Positions 37,851 to 47,205 of a stretch of DNA of 64,000 nucleotides are shown here, in pieces; position 1 is the first letter of the stretch, and each line of letters opens with the position of its first letter. The stretch lies in the IMG/VR virus record IMGVR_UViG_3300044700_000345, positions 16,983 through 80,982 of that record, one strand, 5' to 3'. This stretch comes from a virus. The notes under the pieces were generated by a model. The model ran no database searches and was not told where the DNA came from. It was given only the letters and a program-made list of their open reading frames with translations. A program made the position numbers and the translations under genes.

Positions 37851-38470
37851 ACGTTACCTTTGTTCACTGCTCACCAGATGCTGAGAATCTTGTTGTCAGA
37901 ATGGCGCGGGTATCTAACCCAGCCAATGAAGACAACATGGCAACAGCACCAAAACTTTTGCGGTATCTAATTGATCACCAACATTGGAGCCCGTTTGAAA
38001 TGTGTAGCCTTTGTGTAAAGATTGACACTGAACGTGACATCTCTGCACAGATATTACGCCATCGTTCATTTAGTTTTCAAGAGTTTAGTACTAGGTATGC
38101 CCAGGTACAGGAACTTACTATTCCAAAATTGCGTAAACAGGATTTAAAGAATAGACAAAATAGTACAAATGATCTTGATTTAGGTACAGTGAATGTTTTA
38201 ACCGAAGAAATTATGACGTTATACATGCAAGCTAGCGAACTTTATCAAGACATGCTTGACAATGGTGTAGCAAAAGAATGTGCACGTCGCATTCTTCCAC
38301 TCAGTACACAAACTACTTTATATATGCACGGCACTTTGCGGTCGTGGATTCATTATGTAACTGTCCGTGCATCAAAAGAAACACAGCTAGAGCATCGGTT
38401 AATTGCAGAAGGCTGCAAGCAAATCTTCATTGAACAATTCCCTACTATTGGAGAGGCTGCTTTCAAATGA
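37847..38470 (+). CDS. thyX: Flavin-dependent thymidylate synthase
   Basis: 'HWSPFE', 'RHRSFSFQEFSTRY', 'ECARRILP', 'QLEHR'. Confidence 0.95.
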   Translation: MNVTFVHCSPDAENLVVRMARVSNPANEDNMATAPKLLRYLIDHQHWSPFEMCSLCVKIDTERDISAQILRHRSFSFQEFSTRYAQVQELTIPKLRKQDLKNRQNSTNDLDLGTVNVLTEEIMTLYMQASELYQDMLDNGVAKECARRILPLSTQTTLYMHGTLRSWIHYVTVRASKETQLEHRLIAEGCKQIFIEQFPTIGEAAFK

Positions 38471-38826
38471 CTAATCAAAAACACCCGATCACACCACCAC
38501 TTGAGATGGTGGAGCAGTGGGCAGACATGTTAAGCTCACGTTCAAATTATGCTGTATTCAGTCTTGCTGCTCAATAGGGTGCCGACCAGCAGCTGGAGGC
38601 GTGTCGTGAGTGGGTATCCAAGTATCTTCCATACCTTGGAGACTTCCCCATGCCTGAAGACAAACTCCGCATCGCCTGCCGCCCCAAACCGCCGAGCTTG
38701 AAGGAGCAGGCTATCGCTGAACTTGAGAAGGTGGACATGCTCTGGGATACAACAGAGTTCAGCCAAGACACCCTTGACTCTCTAGACACCATCCGCCGCG
38801 CACTTGAGGCCCTGCCCAATGACTGA
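38467..38826 (+). pseudogene. Paralog of 31073-31426 with in-frame TAG at the conserved Trp
   Basis: AAQ*GADQQLEAC vs AAQWGADQELEAC; TAG at 38575-38577. Confidence 0.75.
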
Positions 38827-39127
38827 CCCCACCCCGAACGCACCAATGACTAAACTCTCACCCGTTGCTCAAAAAGCACTAGATGCCGCCTACGTTGCAG
38901 ACAGTCATGTGCATCACGAGCGCGTTTCGCATGTGATTGCCGTCGATGTTATTCGTGCGGTTACGGATCTACCCAACGAGCTTGAGATCCCATTCAACGT
39001 GATTACAGATTGGGAAACCATCCCTGGCACCTGCGCCAGTTTCTATGCCGCTGCTGAGTGGGGTTACAACCAGGCCTTAGCAGCGCAACGCGACATCGCC
39101 ACCGAACTGGAGGGCCATAGTCAATGA
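38819..39127 (+). CDS. Hypothetical protein (GC-rich module)
   Basis: 'LSPVAQKALDAAY...IATELEG'. Confidence 0.5.
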   Translation: MTDPTPNAPMTKLSPVAQKALDAAYVADSHVHHERVSHVIAVDVIRAVTDLPNELEIPFNVITDWETIPGTCASFYAAAEWGYNQALAAQRDIATELEGHSQ

Positions 39128-39315
39128 AAGTATCAGAGGTAAAAAAATTGATCGGGCAGAAAGTGTCTATTCGAAAATGCTATTCTGGCATTACTGACCA
39201 CGTAATCATCTTAAGTGTTAAGGGTCGAAATGTTGAAGTTGATTTTTACGGTATGACAGATTGGCTTTGGCTTCCTGATTACATTATCAAACCACTCCCC
39301 GAGGTGACACCATGA
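39124..39315 (+). CDS. Small hypothetical protein
   Basis: ATGA coupling. Confidence 0.5.
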   Translation: MKVSEVKKLIGQKVSIRKCYSGITDHVIILSVKGRNVEVDFYGMTDWLWLPDYIIKPLPEVTP

Positions 39316-39608
39316 CCACCCCAGCCCCTGACTTCCGCGAATTGTGCGCTGAGCTGCTTGACGAACTGCAATATCAAACTTCCTATGAGACTAATGCTGA
39401 ATTACAAGACCGTGCCCGCGCCGCCTTAGCCACCCCAACGCCGGAGCCGCCGACGGATGAGGAGATACTAAAACTTACAGAAAATATCTCACCCGTACAT
39501 TTGTATAAACATAAAAGCTTGCCTAGTGATTGGGATTTTGGCAATTACGCTTGTAGTCCTAAGGGATTAATTGACATTGCCCGCGCCGTCCTTGATAAGT
39601 GGGGTTAA
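39312..39608 (+). CDS. Hypothetical protein
   Basis: 'DFRELCAEL...RARAALA...ARAVLDKWG'. Confidence 0.55.
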   Translation: MTTPAPDFRELCAELLDELQYQTSYETNAELQDRARAALATPTPEPPTDEEILKLTENISPVHLYKHKSLPSDWDFGNYACSPKGLIDIARAVLDKWG

Positions 39609-39627
39609 GTCGCCACAATAGTCAACA

Positions 39628-39654
39628 CGTCCCAAGCATGACGTTAAACTGCTT
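39628..39654 (+). ncRNA. Leader pseudoknot motif copy 7
   Basis: CGTC-CCAAGCAT-GACG-TTAAAC-TGCTT. Confidence 0.7.
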
Positions 39655-39689
39655 ATTAGTTTTGCTTATCATTCACTTCATTCAACACC

Positions 39690-40499
39690 ATGCAACTTCT
39701 TAAATTCTCCACAGGTAATGCCAAGCTTGGTAAGCGTTTAATCTTTAGCTTGCCAGCAGGATACTCTTGCCCTAACGCAGGAGTATGTAAGACAATGGCT
39801 GATCGCACCACAGGTAAGATCATGGATCTACCGCAGCAACCTATTGATCCAACTACGGACTATAGGTGCTTTGCTGCCATGGCGGAGGCTATGTATCCAA
39901 ACGTACGTGATGCACGTTGGCACAACTGGGATCTGTTACGTGAGACAATGTATGGCGGTGACTATGGTAGCTACAGAGAATTACAAGGCAAGAGTTATGA
40001 ACAACAGGTTGAGTTGATTGCAGGTCTTATTGAGTTGTCACTACTGGTACAACCAGCGCTTGAAATGTGTCGTGTGCATGAGAGTGGTGACTTCTGGGCA
40101 CGTGCTTACATGGAAGCATGGGCACGTGTTGCTACCAGGTATCCAACTATAAAGTTCTATGCATATACCAAGATGCTTAATGATTGGCTGGCTATACACG
40201 AGAAGATGCCAGCAAACTTTATGTTGACCGCATCGATCGGTGGTATGCTTGACCGTATGATTCCACGCAATCCCGATGTGTTTAAGCGTGTTGCTTATGT
40301 TGTGTACACAGAAGAGGAAGCAGCAGAACTAGGGCTTGAGATTGATCATGACGACAGTCATTGCTTTGGTGACAAGCCATTTGCATTACTGGTCCATAGT
40401 CCACAACGTGCTGGTTCAGAAGCACAGGCTGCTCTTAATGCTCGGCGTAAGCAGGGTAAGTTTACTGGTTACAACAAGAACAAGAAAGTTCGTACGTAA
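39690..40499 (+). CDS. GP88-family protein (radical-SAM-like Cys motif)
   Basis: 'GNAKL...FSLPAGYSCPNAGVC...CFA...RVHESGDF...FYAYTK'. Confidence 0.7.
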   Translation: MQLLKFSTGNAKLGKRLIFSLPAGYSCPNAGVCKTMADRTTGKIMDLPQQPIDPTTDYRCFAAMAEAMYPNVRDARWHNWDLLRETMYGGDYGSYRELQGKSYEQQVELIAGLIELSLLVQPALEMCRVHESGDFWARAYMEAWARVATRYPTIKFYAYTKMLNDWLAIHEKMPANFMLTASIGGMLDRMIPRNPDVFKRVAYVVYTEEEAAELGLEIDHDDSHCFGDKPFALLVHSPQRAGSEAQAALNARRKQGKFTGYNKNKKVRT

Positions 40500-40581
40500 A
40501 ATTGTGGCTATGTTAACACTGTCCTAATTTTCTTACACAACTTCTAGATGTGTTAACATTAGCCAGACTTCTTTTACATCC

Positions 40582-40815
40582 ATGAGCTACATCATTGTTA
40601 CACAGGAGACAGACATGCCCTACGCAGTTAGGGCTTGTTCTGACAGTAACAGTTTTAAGTTGATTCCACTAGACTCTGATGTAGCAATAAACAAGATTTA
40701 TTCGCATCCGCATCGAGCGGGAGCACAACAAATCTTAACTTGGATTAATAAGAATGACCCAGCTCTCACCAGTCAAAACCTCTCAATTCAAGATGAAGCC
40801 CGATTCAGAAAATGA
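40582..40815 (+). CDS. Hypothetical protein
   Basis: 77-aa ORF overlapping polymerase start. Confidence 0.5.
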   Translation: MSYIIVTQETDMPYAVRACSDSNSFKLIPLDSDVAINKIYSHPHRAGAQQILTWINKNDPALTSQNLSIQDEARFRK

Positions 40816-42619
40816 ATCTTGGCTGGTATTTGATTTGGAATCAGATGGATTGTATGACGATGTAACGGTCATCCATTGCATTGTCATACATGACATACAA
40901 ACAAACCAAACACACAAGTATGGACCCACTAACATCGCTGCTGCTCTTAAGCATCTTGCTACCGCAGATGTTTTAATAGGGCAGAATATTCTGTTCTATG
41001 ACATTCCAGTAATTCAAAAACTTTTCCCTGATACTGCAAAGTTTCAGGGAAGAATTATTGACACACTCATTTGTACACAACTCATTTGGCCCAAGGAGGT
41101 TCTCTATGATCTCGACACAGAACAATATCCGGAGGTACCAAAGGGCCTCAAGGGTAGAGCCGGCCTTAAAGCGTGGGGTTACCGCCTCTCCAATTACAAG
41201 ATTGAGTTCAAAGATTTTAGTGAGTACTCCGAAGAGATGCTTTTATACTGTGAGCAGGACGTTAGGGTCACTCTTCAACTTTTTCAACTCATCCAGAAAC
41301 AAAACTATGCGGAGTCGGCGCTTAAGTTGGAACATGACTTTGCTCTTGCAATTAATAAGCAAGTGCGAGCAGGTTTTCCTTTTGATGTGGATGCATGTCT
41401 TGATCTGGTGGATGATCTCAGAAGAAAGAAAGATGAACTCCATGTCAAGGTGATGGAAGTATTCCCACCTATCAAACAAGAGTCAGTGTTTGTACCAAAG
41501 GTAAACAATAAAGCACGCGGGTATATTAAAGGTGAGCCATTTACCAAAGTAAGATATCAAGAATTTAATCCTGGTTCTCGCCCTCAAATTGTTAGTAGGC
41601 TCAAGGGTAAGTATGGGTGGGTACCAGAGGAGCTAACTGATAAAGGTAATCCAATTCTTGATGACGAAGTATTGAGTGCATTAGATTATCCAGAGGCTAA
41701 AGTGTTGGGTGAATATTTGACTATCAGTAAACGACTAGGACAGATTGCTGATGGTCAAAAAGCTTGGCTTAAATATGTAAACAATCAAGACTCATGTATG
41801 CATGGTGAGGTTGTAACTAATGGTTGTATTACTGGACGTTGCGCACACCGTAATCCAAACATGGGTCAGGTACCAGCATCCTATAGCCCGTATGGTAAAG
41901 AATGCAGGAGTTTGTTTCATGCACCAGATGGCTGGGACTTATTAGGTGTAGATGCCAAGGCATTGGAGTTACGTTGTCTTGGTGGATATCTCGCCCTATG
42001 GGATGACGGTGAATATGGCAACCTTGTGACAGATGAATCAGTTGACATTCATGTATACAACCAAGAAAAGTTTGGTGTGCCTACCAGGGATATTGCCAAG
42101 CGTTTGATTTATGCAATGCTCTACGGGTGTGGTAATGAGAAAGCTGGTGGCATTGTAGATGCTGAAGAGAAAGATCCTATGCGTCTAAAAGAATTGGGAC
42201 GTAATGCAATCAATGGTTTTGTAAATGGTGTGCCAGCGCTTAAACAATTGAAGAACAAGTTGGCAAGTGCTATACAAGAACGTGGATACCTGCGTGGATT
42301 AGATGGGCGTGCATTGTTTTGTAGGTCAGACTTTAGTGCATTAAATGTATTGCTCCAGGGATCAGGTGCTGCCCTCATGAAACAAGTGGTGATTAATATT
42401 CACAATAACCTTGAGGGCAAAGGGTTAGTGCATGGTCGTGACTGGATCCAGCACGCCATGATTCATGATGAGATTCAACTGTCTTGTCCCAAGAATTACA
42501 CAGCCTTGGTCAAGGAGCAGGCGTTGTTAGCCTTCCCGCAAGCGCAACAATTCTTTGCATTCCAATGTGAAATAGAAGGCGATGCTAAGGTAGGCTGGTC
42601 TTGGGATCAGACTCACTAA
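40793..42619 (+). CDS. polA: DNA polymerase family A (T7-type) with 3'-5' exonuclease
   Basis: ExoI 'FDLESDG'; motif A 'DAKALELR'; motif B 'RDIAKRLIYAMLYG' (Tyr at 762-equivalent); motif C 'HDEIQ'. Confidence 0.95.
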   Translation: MKPDSENESWLVFDLESDGLYDDVTVIHCIVIHDIQTNQTHKYGPTNIAAALKHLATADVLIGQNILFYDIPVIQKLFPDTAKFQGRIIDTLICTQLIWPKEVLYDLDTEQYPEVPKGLKGRAGLKAWGYRLSNYKIEFKDFSEYSEEMLLYCEQDVRVTLQLFQLIQKQNYAESALKLEHDFALAINKQVRAGFPFDVDACLDLVDDLRRKKDELHVKVMEVFPPIKQESVFVPKVNNKARGYIKGEPFTKVRYQEFNPGSRPQIVSRLKGKYGWVPEELTDKGNPILDDEVLSALDYPEAKVLGEYLTISKRLGQIADGQKAWLKYVNNQDSCMHGEVVTNGCITGRCAHRNPNMGQVPASYSPYGKECRSLFHAPDGWDLLGVDAKALELRCLGGYLALWDDGEYGNLVTDESVDIHVYNQEKFGVPTRDIAKRLIYAMLYGCGNEKAGGIVDAEEKDPMRLKELGRNAINGFVNGVPALKQLKNKLASAIQERGYLRGLDGRALFCRSDFSALNVLLQGSGAALMKQVVINIHNNLEGKGLVHGRDWIQHAMIHDEIQLSCPKNYTALVKEQALLAFPQAQQFFAFQCEIEGDAKVGWSWDQTH

Positions 42620-42621
42620 CC

Positions 42622-42903
42622 ATGGCCGACTCAATTTCACTTGAACCAGAAGAACTTCGTGACATTATTAAAGGAAACATTCCTGTCCGCAAGTGTCCTG
42701 ATTGCTTAGGTGAAGGAGAAAGTTGGACACTTCACTATGTTCTTGCTAATGATCCTGATGAAGACAATGAACAGTTTAAAGATGTAAGTTCACAATTTGC
42801 TGCTGATTTTAATGAAGATGATTTACCGCCAGAGTATTCTGACGGCGCATGTCTTTCGTATGATTGTGAAACTTGTTCCACAGTTGGTTATGTATGGAAT
42901 TAA
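42622..42903 (+). CDS. Zn-finger acidic protein
   Basis: CPDC...CETC. Confidence 0.55.
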   Translation: MADSISLEPEELRDIIKGNIPVRKCPDCLGEGESWTLHYVLANDPDEDNEQFKDVSSQFAADFNEDDLPPEYSDGACLSYDCETCSTVGYVWN

Positions 42904-42933
42904 TAGTCTATATCCTTTAACTAATTAAATATT

Positions 42934-42960
42934 CGTCCCAAGTAAGACGTTAAACTGCTC
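42934..42960 (+). ncRNA. Leader pseudoknot motif copy 8
   Basis: CGTC-CCAAGTAA-GACG-TTAAAC-TGCT. Confidence 0.7.
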
Positions 42961-42980
42961 TCAACCACACTCTCGATCTC

Positions 42981-43790
42981 ATGAATTTTGTTACACTCTG
43001 CGCTCAAACTGCTGAAGCGCCACGCGAAGTTTACATCAGTGCTACCTCCACAGCAACTCGTTGCTTAGTGTTGTTGCCACCTGTTAGTAACAAAGCACCT
43101 ACTGCAATTGAACTTAATGTCTACGGCAAGAATGCTGAACGCTTTTCTCGTGTTACTAAAGGATCTCAGATCTACATCCATGGTGCAAAACTGCGGTTCG
43201 ATCTGGAGACTAAAACTTACTCTCTCCATGGAGGAATCATTGCTCAAGTTAATGATCAGTTCCCTATCCTCAACACGGTAATCCTTAGTGGACGCTGTGT
43301 TAAAGACATTGATCAGCAAGATGCACGTGCCTTCAAGACAACTACTGATGGTACTATGATTTGCAACCAGACATTAGCTGTTAACACTGGACGTAATCAG
43401 TCTGACCTGTTTAACTTCTATGCAATTAACAGTGCAGAAGACAAGGTTAAACAAGCGGAACTTCTTGTTAACTTCACACGTAAAGGTGTTGGCCTTACTA
43501 TTCAAGGCCGTATTGTTACTGACGCTTGGGTAGATAAAGATACAAAAGAACGGCGTAGTATTACCAAAATTCAATTGGCTTCTATGACGTTGGCACCTAA
43601 GGCACAGGCCGGTGCACAGGAAATTAAACCACAAACAACGGTAGCTGCATCGGATAATGTGGCTCCATTGTGGGGTGGACGCACAGCCGATGAAGGAAGT
43701 GACCCTTGGAATGTGACATCTGGTGGTGGTCTGCCAGAATTACCTGGTCAATACGGCACTGCACCGGAGCTAAGCAATGAACCCTTCTGA
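42981..43790 (+). CDS. ssb: Single-stranded DNA-binding protein with tandem OB folds
   Basis: Two SSB-like repeats ('VYGKNAE...KGSQIYIHG' and 'LNTVILSGR...KGVGLTIQGRI..DAWVDK'), C-terminal 'EPF'. Confidence 0.75.
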   Translation: MNFVTLCAQTAEAPREVYISATSTATRCLVLLPPVSNKAPTAIELNVYGKNAERFSRVTKGSQIYIHGAKLRFDLETKTYSLHGGIIAQVNDQFPILNTVILSGRCVKDIDQQDARAFKTTTDGTMICNQTLAVNTGRNQSDLFNFYAINSAEDKVKQAELLVNFTRKGVGLTIQGRIVTDAWVDKDTKERRSITKIQLASMTLAPKAQAGAQEIKPQTTVAASDNVAPLWGGRTADEGSDPWNVTSGGGLPELPGQYGTAPELSNEPF

Positions 43791-44055
43791 AGAAGTTACA
43801 GAATTGATGCAAATGACTATTCCTCTTGAGAATTATTGCTTTGGCTATGCAGATGAAAACAATACGGTTCAGGTTGCTACCAGGAATACTGAGCCGATTG
43901 ATTTAGTTGGTGCTTTTGTTTCTTATATGAAAGCAGTAGGCTTTAGCGTTGAAGATATTGAAATTGCCTTAGCTAACCAAGCAGATCTAATGAGATCTTT
44001 TAGGTTGCCATTTCGTTGCAAAACAGAAATCAATGCTTTAGATCCTAAAGATTAA
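43777..44055 (+). CDS. Hypothetical protein
   Basis: 'AFVSYMKAVGFS'. Confidence 0.55.
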   Translation: MNPSEEVTELMQMTIPLENYCFGYADENNTVQVATRNTEPIDLVGAFVSYMKAVGFSVEDIEIALANQADLMRSFRLPFRCKTEINALDPKD

Positions 44056-44061
44056 GTTGAT

Positions 44062-44089
44062 CGTCCTGAGTATGACGTAAAACTGCTCA
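44062..44089 (+). ncRNA. Leader pseudoknot motif copy 9
   Basis: CGTC-CTGAGTAT-GACG-TAAAAC-TGCTCA. Confidence 0.7.
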
Positions 44090-44113
44090 CCAACAAACCT
44101 AATCGACCTTGAC

Positions 44114-45136
44114 ATGACTACGAAGACTACTGCACTTGCAACACGTGGAATCAAATCATTTCAGCTTTTTCAATCTAAAGAATTTGTTTCGGGGTACCAA
44201 AACCTCGTCACCATCCAGCCCCTCAACAAGTCTAAGACAAGAGGTTGGTTCGTGCGGAAGTCAGACTTAGATACTTGCGGATGGAGCGCAACTGAAGATC
44301 AATTTGATAAAGGTTCAGTTATCTGGAACTACAAGCAGACTTTTGGTATGGCTCCCAACACTTCAATTGAAGAAGGACTCAATTTCACTGAGCCTAGAAT
44401 TCAAGTGCTTCTACGTTCTCCCCTCATGGTTGAGGAAACAACTGGGATGCGTATGACCATTGGTACGTTTGACAATCCCGATGTCAAAGATCTATGGGAT
44501 GCTGACAAGGCTGCCGCTGATCTTTCCAACAGCAAAGGTGAGATGTACAAACGTAAGTTCAGTGTGCGTACCAAGTATCTTGTGTATGTCCTTAACAAGG
44601 ATAATGTACGTGCCCATAAGATTCCTATGGTGCTAACACTGAAGGGATTGAATGGTACTGATGCAGCTGAAAAGATCAAGCTGTATGAAAAAGAAATGTC
44701 CAAGTGTCTTAGCAAAGCACTATCAGTTGAAGTCCCACTTTCATTCAATGAAAAGTTCTATGCAACTACCGTATTTACTCCGCTACTTGTCAACGACATG
44801 CGCGGCGCCAACAACGTTGAGATCTGTGCAATTGAATCTTTTAATATACCTGATTACAGCACAGAAGAAGCCGCCATCGAATCATTGAATCGCATGTCGA
44901 TTCCTGATGAAGATCGTGAATCAACTTGGAAATTCCAAGAGTTGTTTGCTGATTACATCAATCAACATTCCAAGCAGGATGCTGACAAGCTAGGTGGTGC
45001 CTATGGAATTAAAACAGGTGTAGAAATACTTCCTGTTGCCAGGGGAACTGACCGTGCAATGTTGCAACCAGCAAGTGATGTAGAGGATGGGATGATTTCC
45101 TATGCTTCTATCACTGGAGAAGACAGCTCACTTTGA
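44114..45136 (+). CDS. DUF5895-like protein (possible ssDNA-binding/annealing)
   Basis: 'KYLVYVLNKDN..AHKIPMVLTLKG' resembles cyanobacterial DUF5895 proteins; lies in replication module. Confidence 0.5.
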   Translation: MTTKTTALATRGIKSFQLFQSKEFVSGYQNLVTIQPLNKSKTRGWFVRKSDLDTCGWSATEDQFDKGSVIWNYKQTFGMAPNTSIEEGLNFTEPRIQVLLRSPLMVEETTGMRMTIGTFDNPDVKDLWDADKAAADLSNSKGEMYKRKFSVRTKYLVYVLNKDNVRAHKIPMVLTLKGLNGTDAAEKIKLYEKEMSKCLSKALSVEVPLSFNEKFYATTVFTPLLVNDMRGANNVEICAIESFNIPDYSTEEAAIESLNRMSIPDEDRESTWKFQELFADYINQHSKQDADKLGGAYGIKTGVEILPVARGTDRAMLQPASDVEDGMISYASITGEDSSL

Positions 45137-45397
45137 TGTAACCTCTGGGTTGGTAATAGTTGTATCATCTATAACAACATTGTTAAAGATGTGTATATCT
45201 TTTACCAGCCCTCTGATTACGCCCTGTCTTGTGGTTGCAATGGTTACCAAGAGTGTTGCAATCTCACGTAGTTCTTTGACTGATGTGGATTCTTGAATCA
45301 ATCTTTTGATTTTTTCTTCCCAGAACTTATCAGTAAGAGTGGGCTCTATGTCAAACTTACTGAGGGGGACATAGGTACCAGATTCAAGCTCTTCCAT
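45128..45397 (-). CDS. nblA: NblA-like phycobilisome degradation adaptor
   Basis: 'EPTLTDKFWEEKIKRLIQE...ELREIATLL...RQGVIRGLVKD' helix-hairpin pattern; own TAGACT box. Confidence 0.5.
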   Translation of the reverse strand: MEELESGTYVPLSKFDIEPTLTDKFWEEKIKRLIQESTSVKELREIATLLVTIATTRQGVIRGLVKDIHIFNNVVIDDTTITNPEVTSK

Positions 45398-45462
45398 GTC
45401 AGTCAGGGTTTTGTTTAGTCTACAGCCTACTCCATTTCAACTCAACCACTTAATCTGTATCA

Positions 45463-46410
45463 ATGACTACACTTTTAAATGAAACGCTCAACACTGCTCA
45501 GTCTTCAATTTATTCTCGTACTAACATATCTCGTGCTTTCCCTGGTGTTGATGACACAGGGATTAGCGACATCTCTTTACTTGACACTAATGTTGTTGTG
45601 CGTCGGGATGATAATACTACTCAGTGTTATGATCGCGCACTAATCAAGCAAGCTTACCTTGACTACACATTCAGACTCAAAGATTTCTTTTCCTATCTCG
45701 GAGCAAACTACCGTGGCCCATCCATTTGGCACAGGAACGCCTATGTCATTTTTAAGGGGTGGAATTATGTCCATAGCTTGGGATATCTCACTGCTTCCGC
45801 TAAGCTTCAGACGACGTGGGCTGACAAATTTATTCACATCAAAGACAAGACACGCTTGGAGACGTTACTTCAATCTGACCAGACTGATCTGGGTCATCTT
45901 ATTGCTCCGGACGGCTGGCGAGCTGAGTCACTACCTATTGATATGGAGTCTGAGTTTGGAGAGGAAACTAATGGCAGTGGAGTACAAACACTGGCGCCGT
46001 ATTGCTCGTGTGGATCGTTTACCAGGCAGTTAAATACCTTGGCTGATTTCCAGGCTGAGATAGAGGGATACAAGCCGTGGTGCATTCACCTTACTTGGTT
46101 TAACAAGTATCGTGAGCTGCTTGCCAAGCGCACAGACGTACGTAATAGCGCACGTGGTGGAGTTAGTGAGAAATGTGTAGCGTGGTGGTACGCTCCTCCA
46201 AGTGACAGCACTAGTGATGGACGGTTTGTATTGCTGCACACTCAGTCAGGATCCATGGCGCCGCTGACGCATTGGCGGTCGTACAAGCCACGTACTGTAT
46301 TTACACAACACGATGCCTGGACTTTGTTTGACAGTATGATGGATGCGGGTTACGTCCCGTTTCCAGGTACGGCCCTTCCTCAACTAGCCTCTGCTATTAA
46401 AAAGAAATGA
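45463..46410 (+). CDS. SWIM zinc-finger protein
   Basis: 'YCSCGSF...WCIHL' (CxC...CxH). Confidence 0.65.
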   Translation: MTTLLNETLNTAQSSIYSRTNISRAFPGVDDTGISDISLLDTNVVVRRDDNTTQCYDRALIKQAYLDYTFRLKDFFSYLGANYRGPSIWHRNAYVIFKGWNYVHSLGYLTASAKLQTTWADKFIHIKDKTRLETLLQSDQTDLGHLIAPDGWRAESLPIDMESEFGEETNGSGVQTLAPYCSCGSFTRQLNTLADFQAEIEGYKPWCIHLTWFNKYRELLAKRTDVRNSARGGVSEKCVAWWYAPPSDSTSDGRFVLLHTQSGSMAPLTHWRSYKPRTVFTQHDAWTLFDSMMDAGYVPFPGTALPQLASAIKKK

Positions 46411-46628
46411 AATTCAACACTGGCGAATGGATTTTTCCTGTCTGGTTTGCAATGGTCTTTGCCGTTATTACGATTGGGCCAACCACTTTTATTATAAAAA
46501 CAACTACCACTCAACAAGCACTTAATCAAGAGTGCAAAACTAACTACAGCTTTCTTCAAGTTGCTGTAGCAGGAGACAACCTGTCTCGCCTTTGCCAAAT
46601 TAAACAACAAACCATCACAATCAAATGA
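46407..46628 (+). CDS. Small membrane protein
   Basis: N-terminal TM helix. Confidence 0.55.
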   Translation: MKFNTGEWIFPVWFAMVFAVITIGPTTFIIKTTTTQQALNQECKTNYSFLQVAVAGDNLSRLCQIKQQTITIK

Positions 46629-46801
46629 CTGACTTTCTAAACTTTAAAGATTCTCAAAAACAAATTATCTGTCCTAAACACGGTACCCACAAGCACTACA
46701 TCAGCAGCAGCATTAAATATTATGAAGGTAACTAGTGCATGTTGTGCTGGCTAAAAAGTCTTGGCCCCTCTCTTCCAACTATTGAGCAATCAGATGACTG
46801 A
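46625..46801 (+). pseudogene. Small Cys/His protein with in-frame TAG
   Basis: ICPKHGTH...EGN*CMLCWL; TAG at 46733-46735, frame stays open afterwards. Confidence 0.55.
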
Positions 46802-46949
46802 CACACAATTTGACCATCTCTGGGATCTGATTGATTCGCTAAGCGATCGTATTGGAGACCTTGAGACGGAAGTGCGAGGACTAAACTGCCGAGCCGATAA
46901 GGTTGAACACGAAATCAACAGATTGGATTGGTGGATTAGCCATGACTAA
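46794..46949 (+). CDS. Small coiled-coil protein
   Basis: MTDTQFDHLWDLI... Confidence 0.5.
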   Translation: MTDTQFDHLWDLIDSLSDRIGDLETEVRGLNCRADKVEHEINRLDWWISHD

Positions 46950-46976
46950 TCAACACTTTAACAAAAAGTAAACCTA

Positions 46977-47004
46977 CGTCCTAAGCATGACGGTAAACTG
47001 CTTA
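46977..47004 (+). ncRNA. Leader pseudoknot motif copy 10
   Basis: CGTC-CTAAGCAT-GACG-GTAAAC-TGCTTA. Confidence 0.7.
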
Positions 47005-47205
47005 ACACAACCACACACTTGGTATCAACTCATGTTTGAATTCTTTGCTGTTTCAGTTCTTCCAACGCTAACCAGTGTTCTTTACAACCTTTTGACTGCA
47101 GCGGCAGGGGCGCTTATTGCCTGGGCTATTGGTAGGCTGCGTACCAGCTTTGCCTAATCGCTTCATTCACCTTGGCTAATCGCTTTATCCCTACGCAACT
47201 CAACA

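Noticed and set aside
40793-42619. Intron or intein in polA, terL, thyX or primase
   Set aside because: All are uninterrupted with normally spaced motifs; the HNH genes are free-standing
23200-47004. Repeated motif of about 28 bp as a CRISPR array
   Set aside because: Copies are kilobases apart, vary in sequence and each precedes a gene; there are no regular spacers or cas operon
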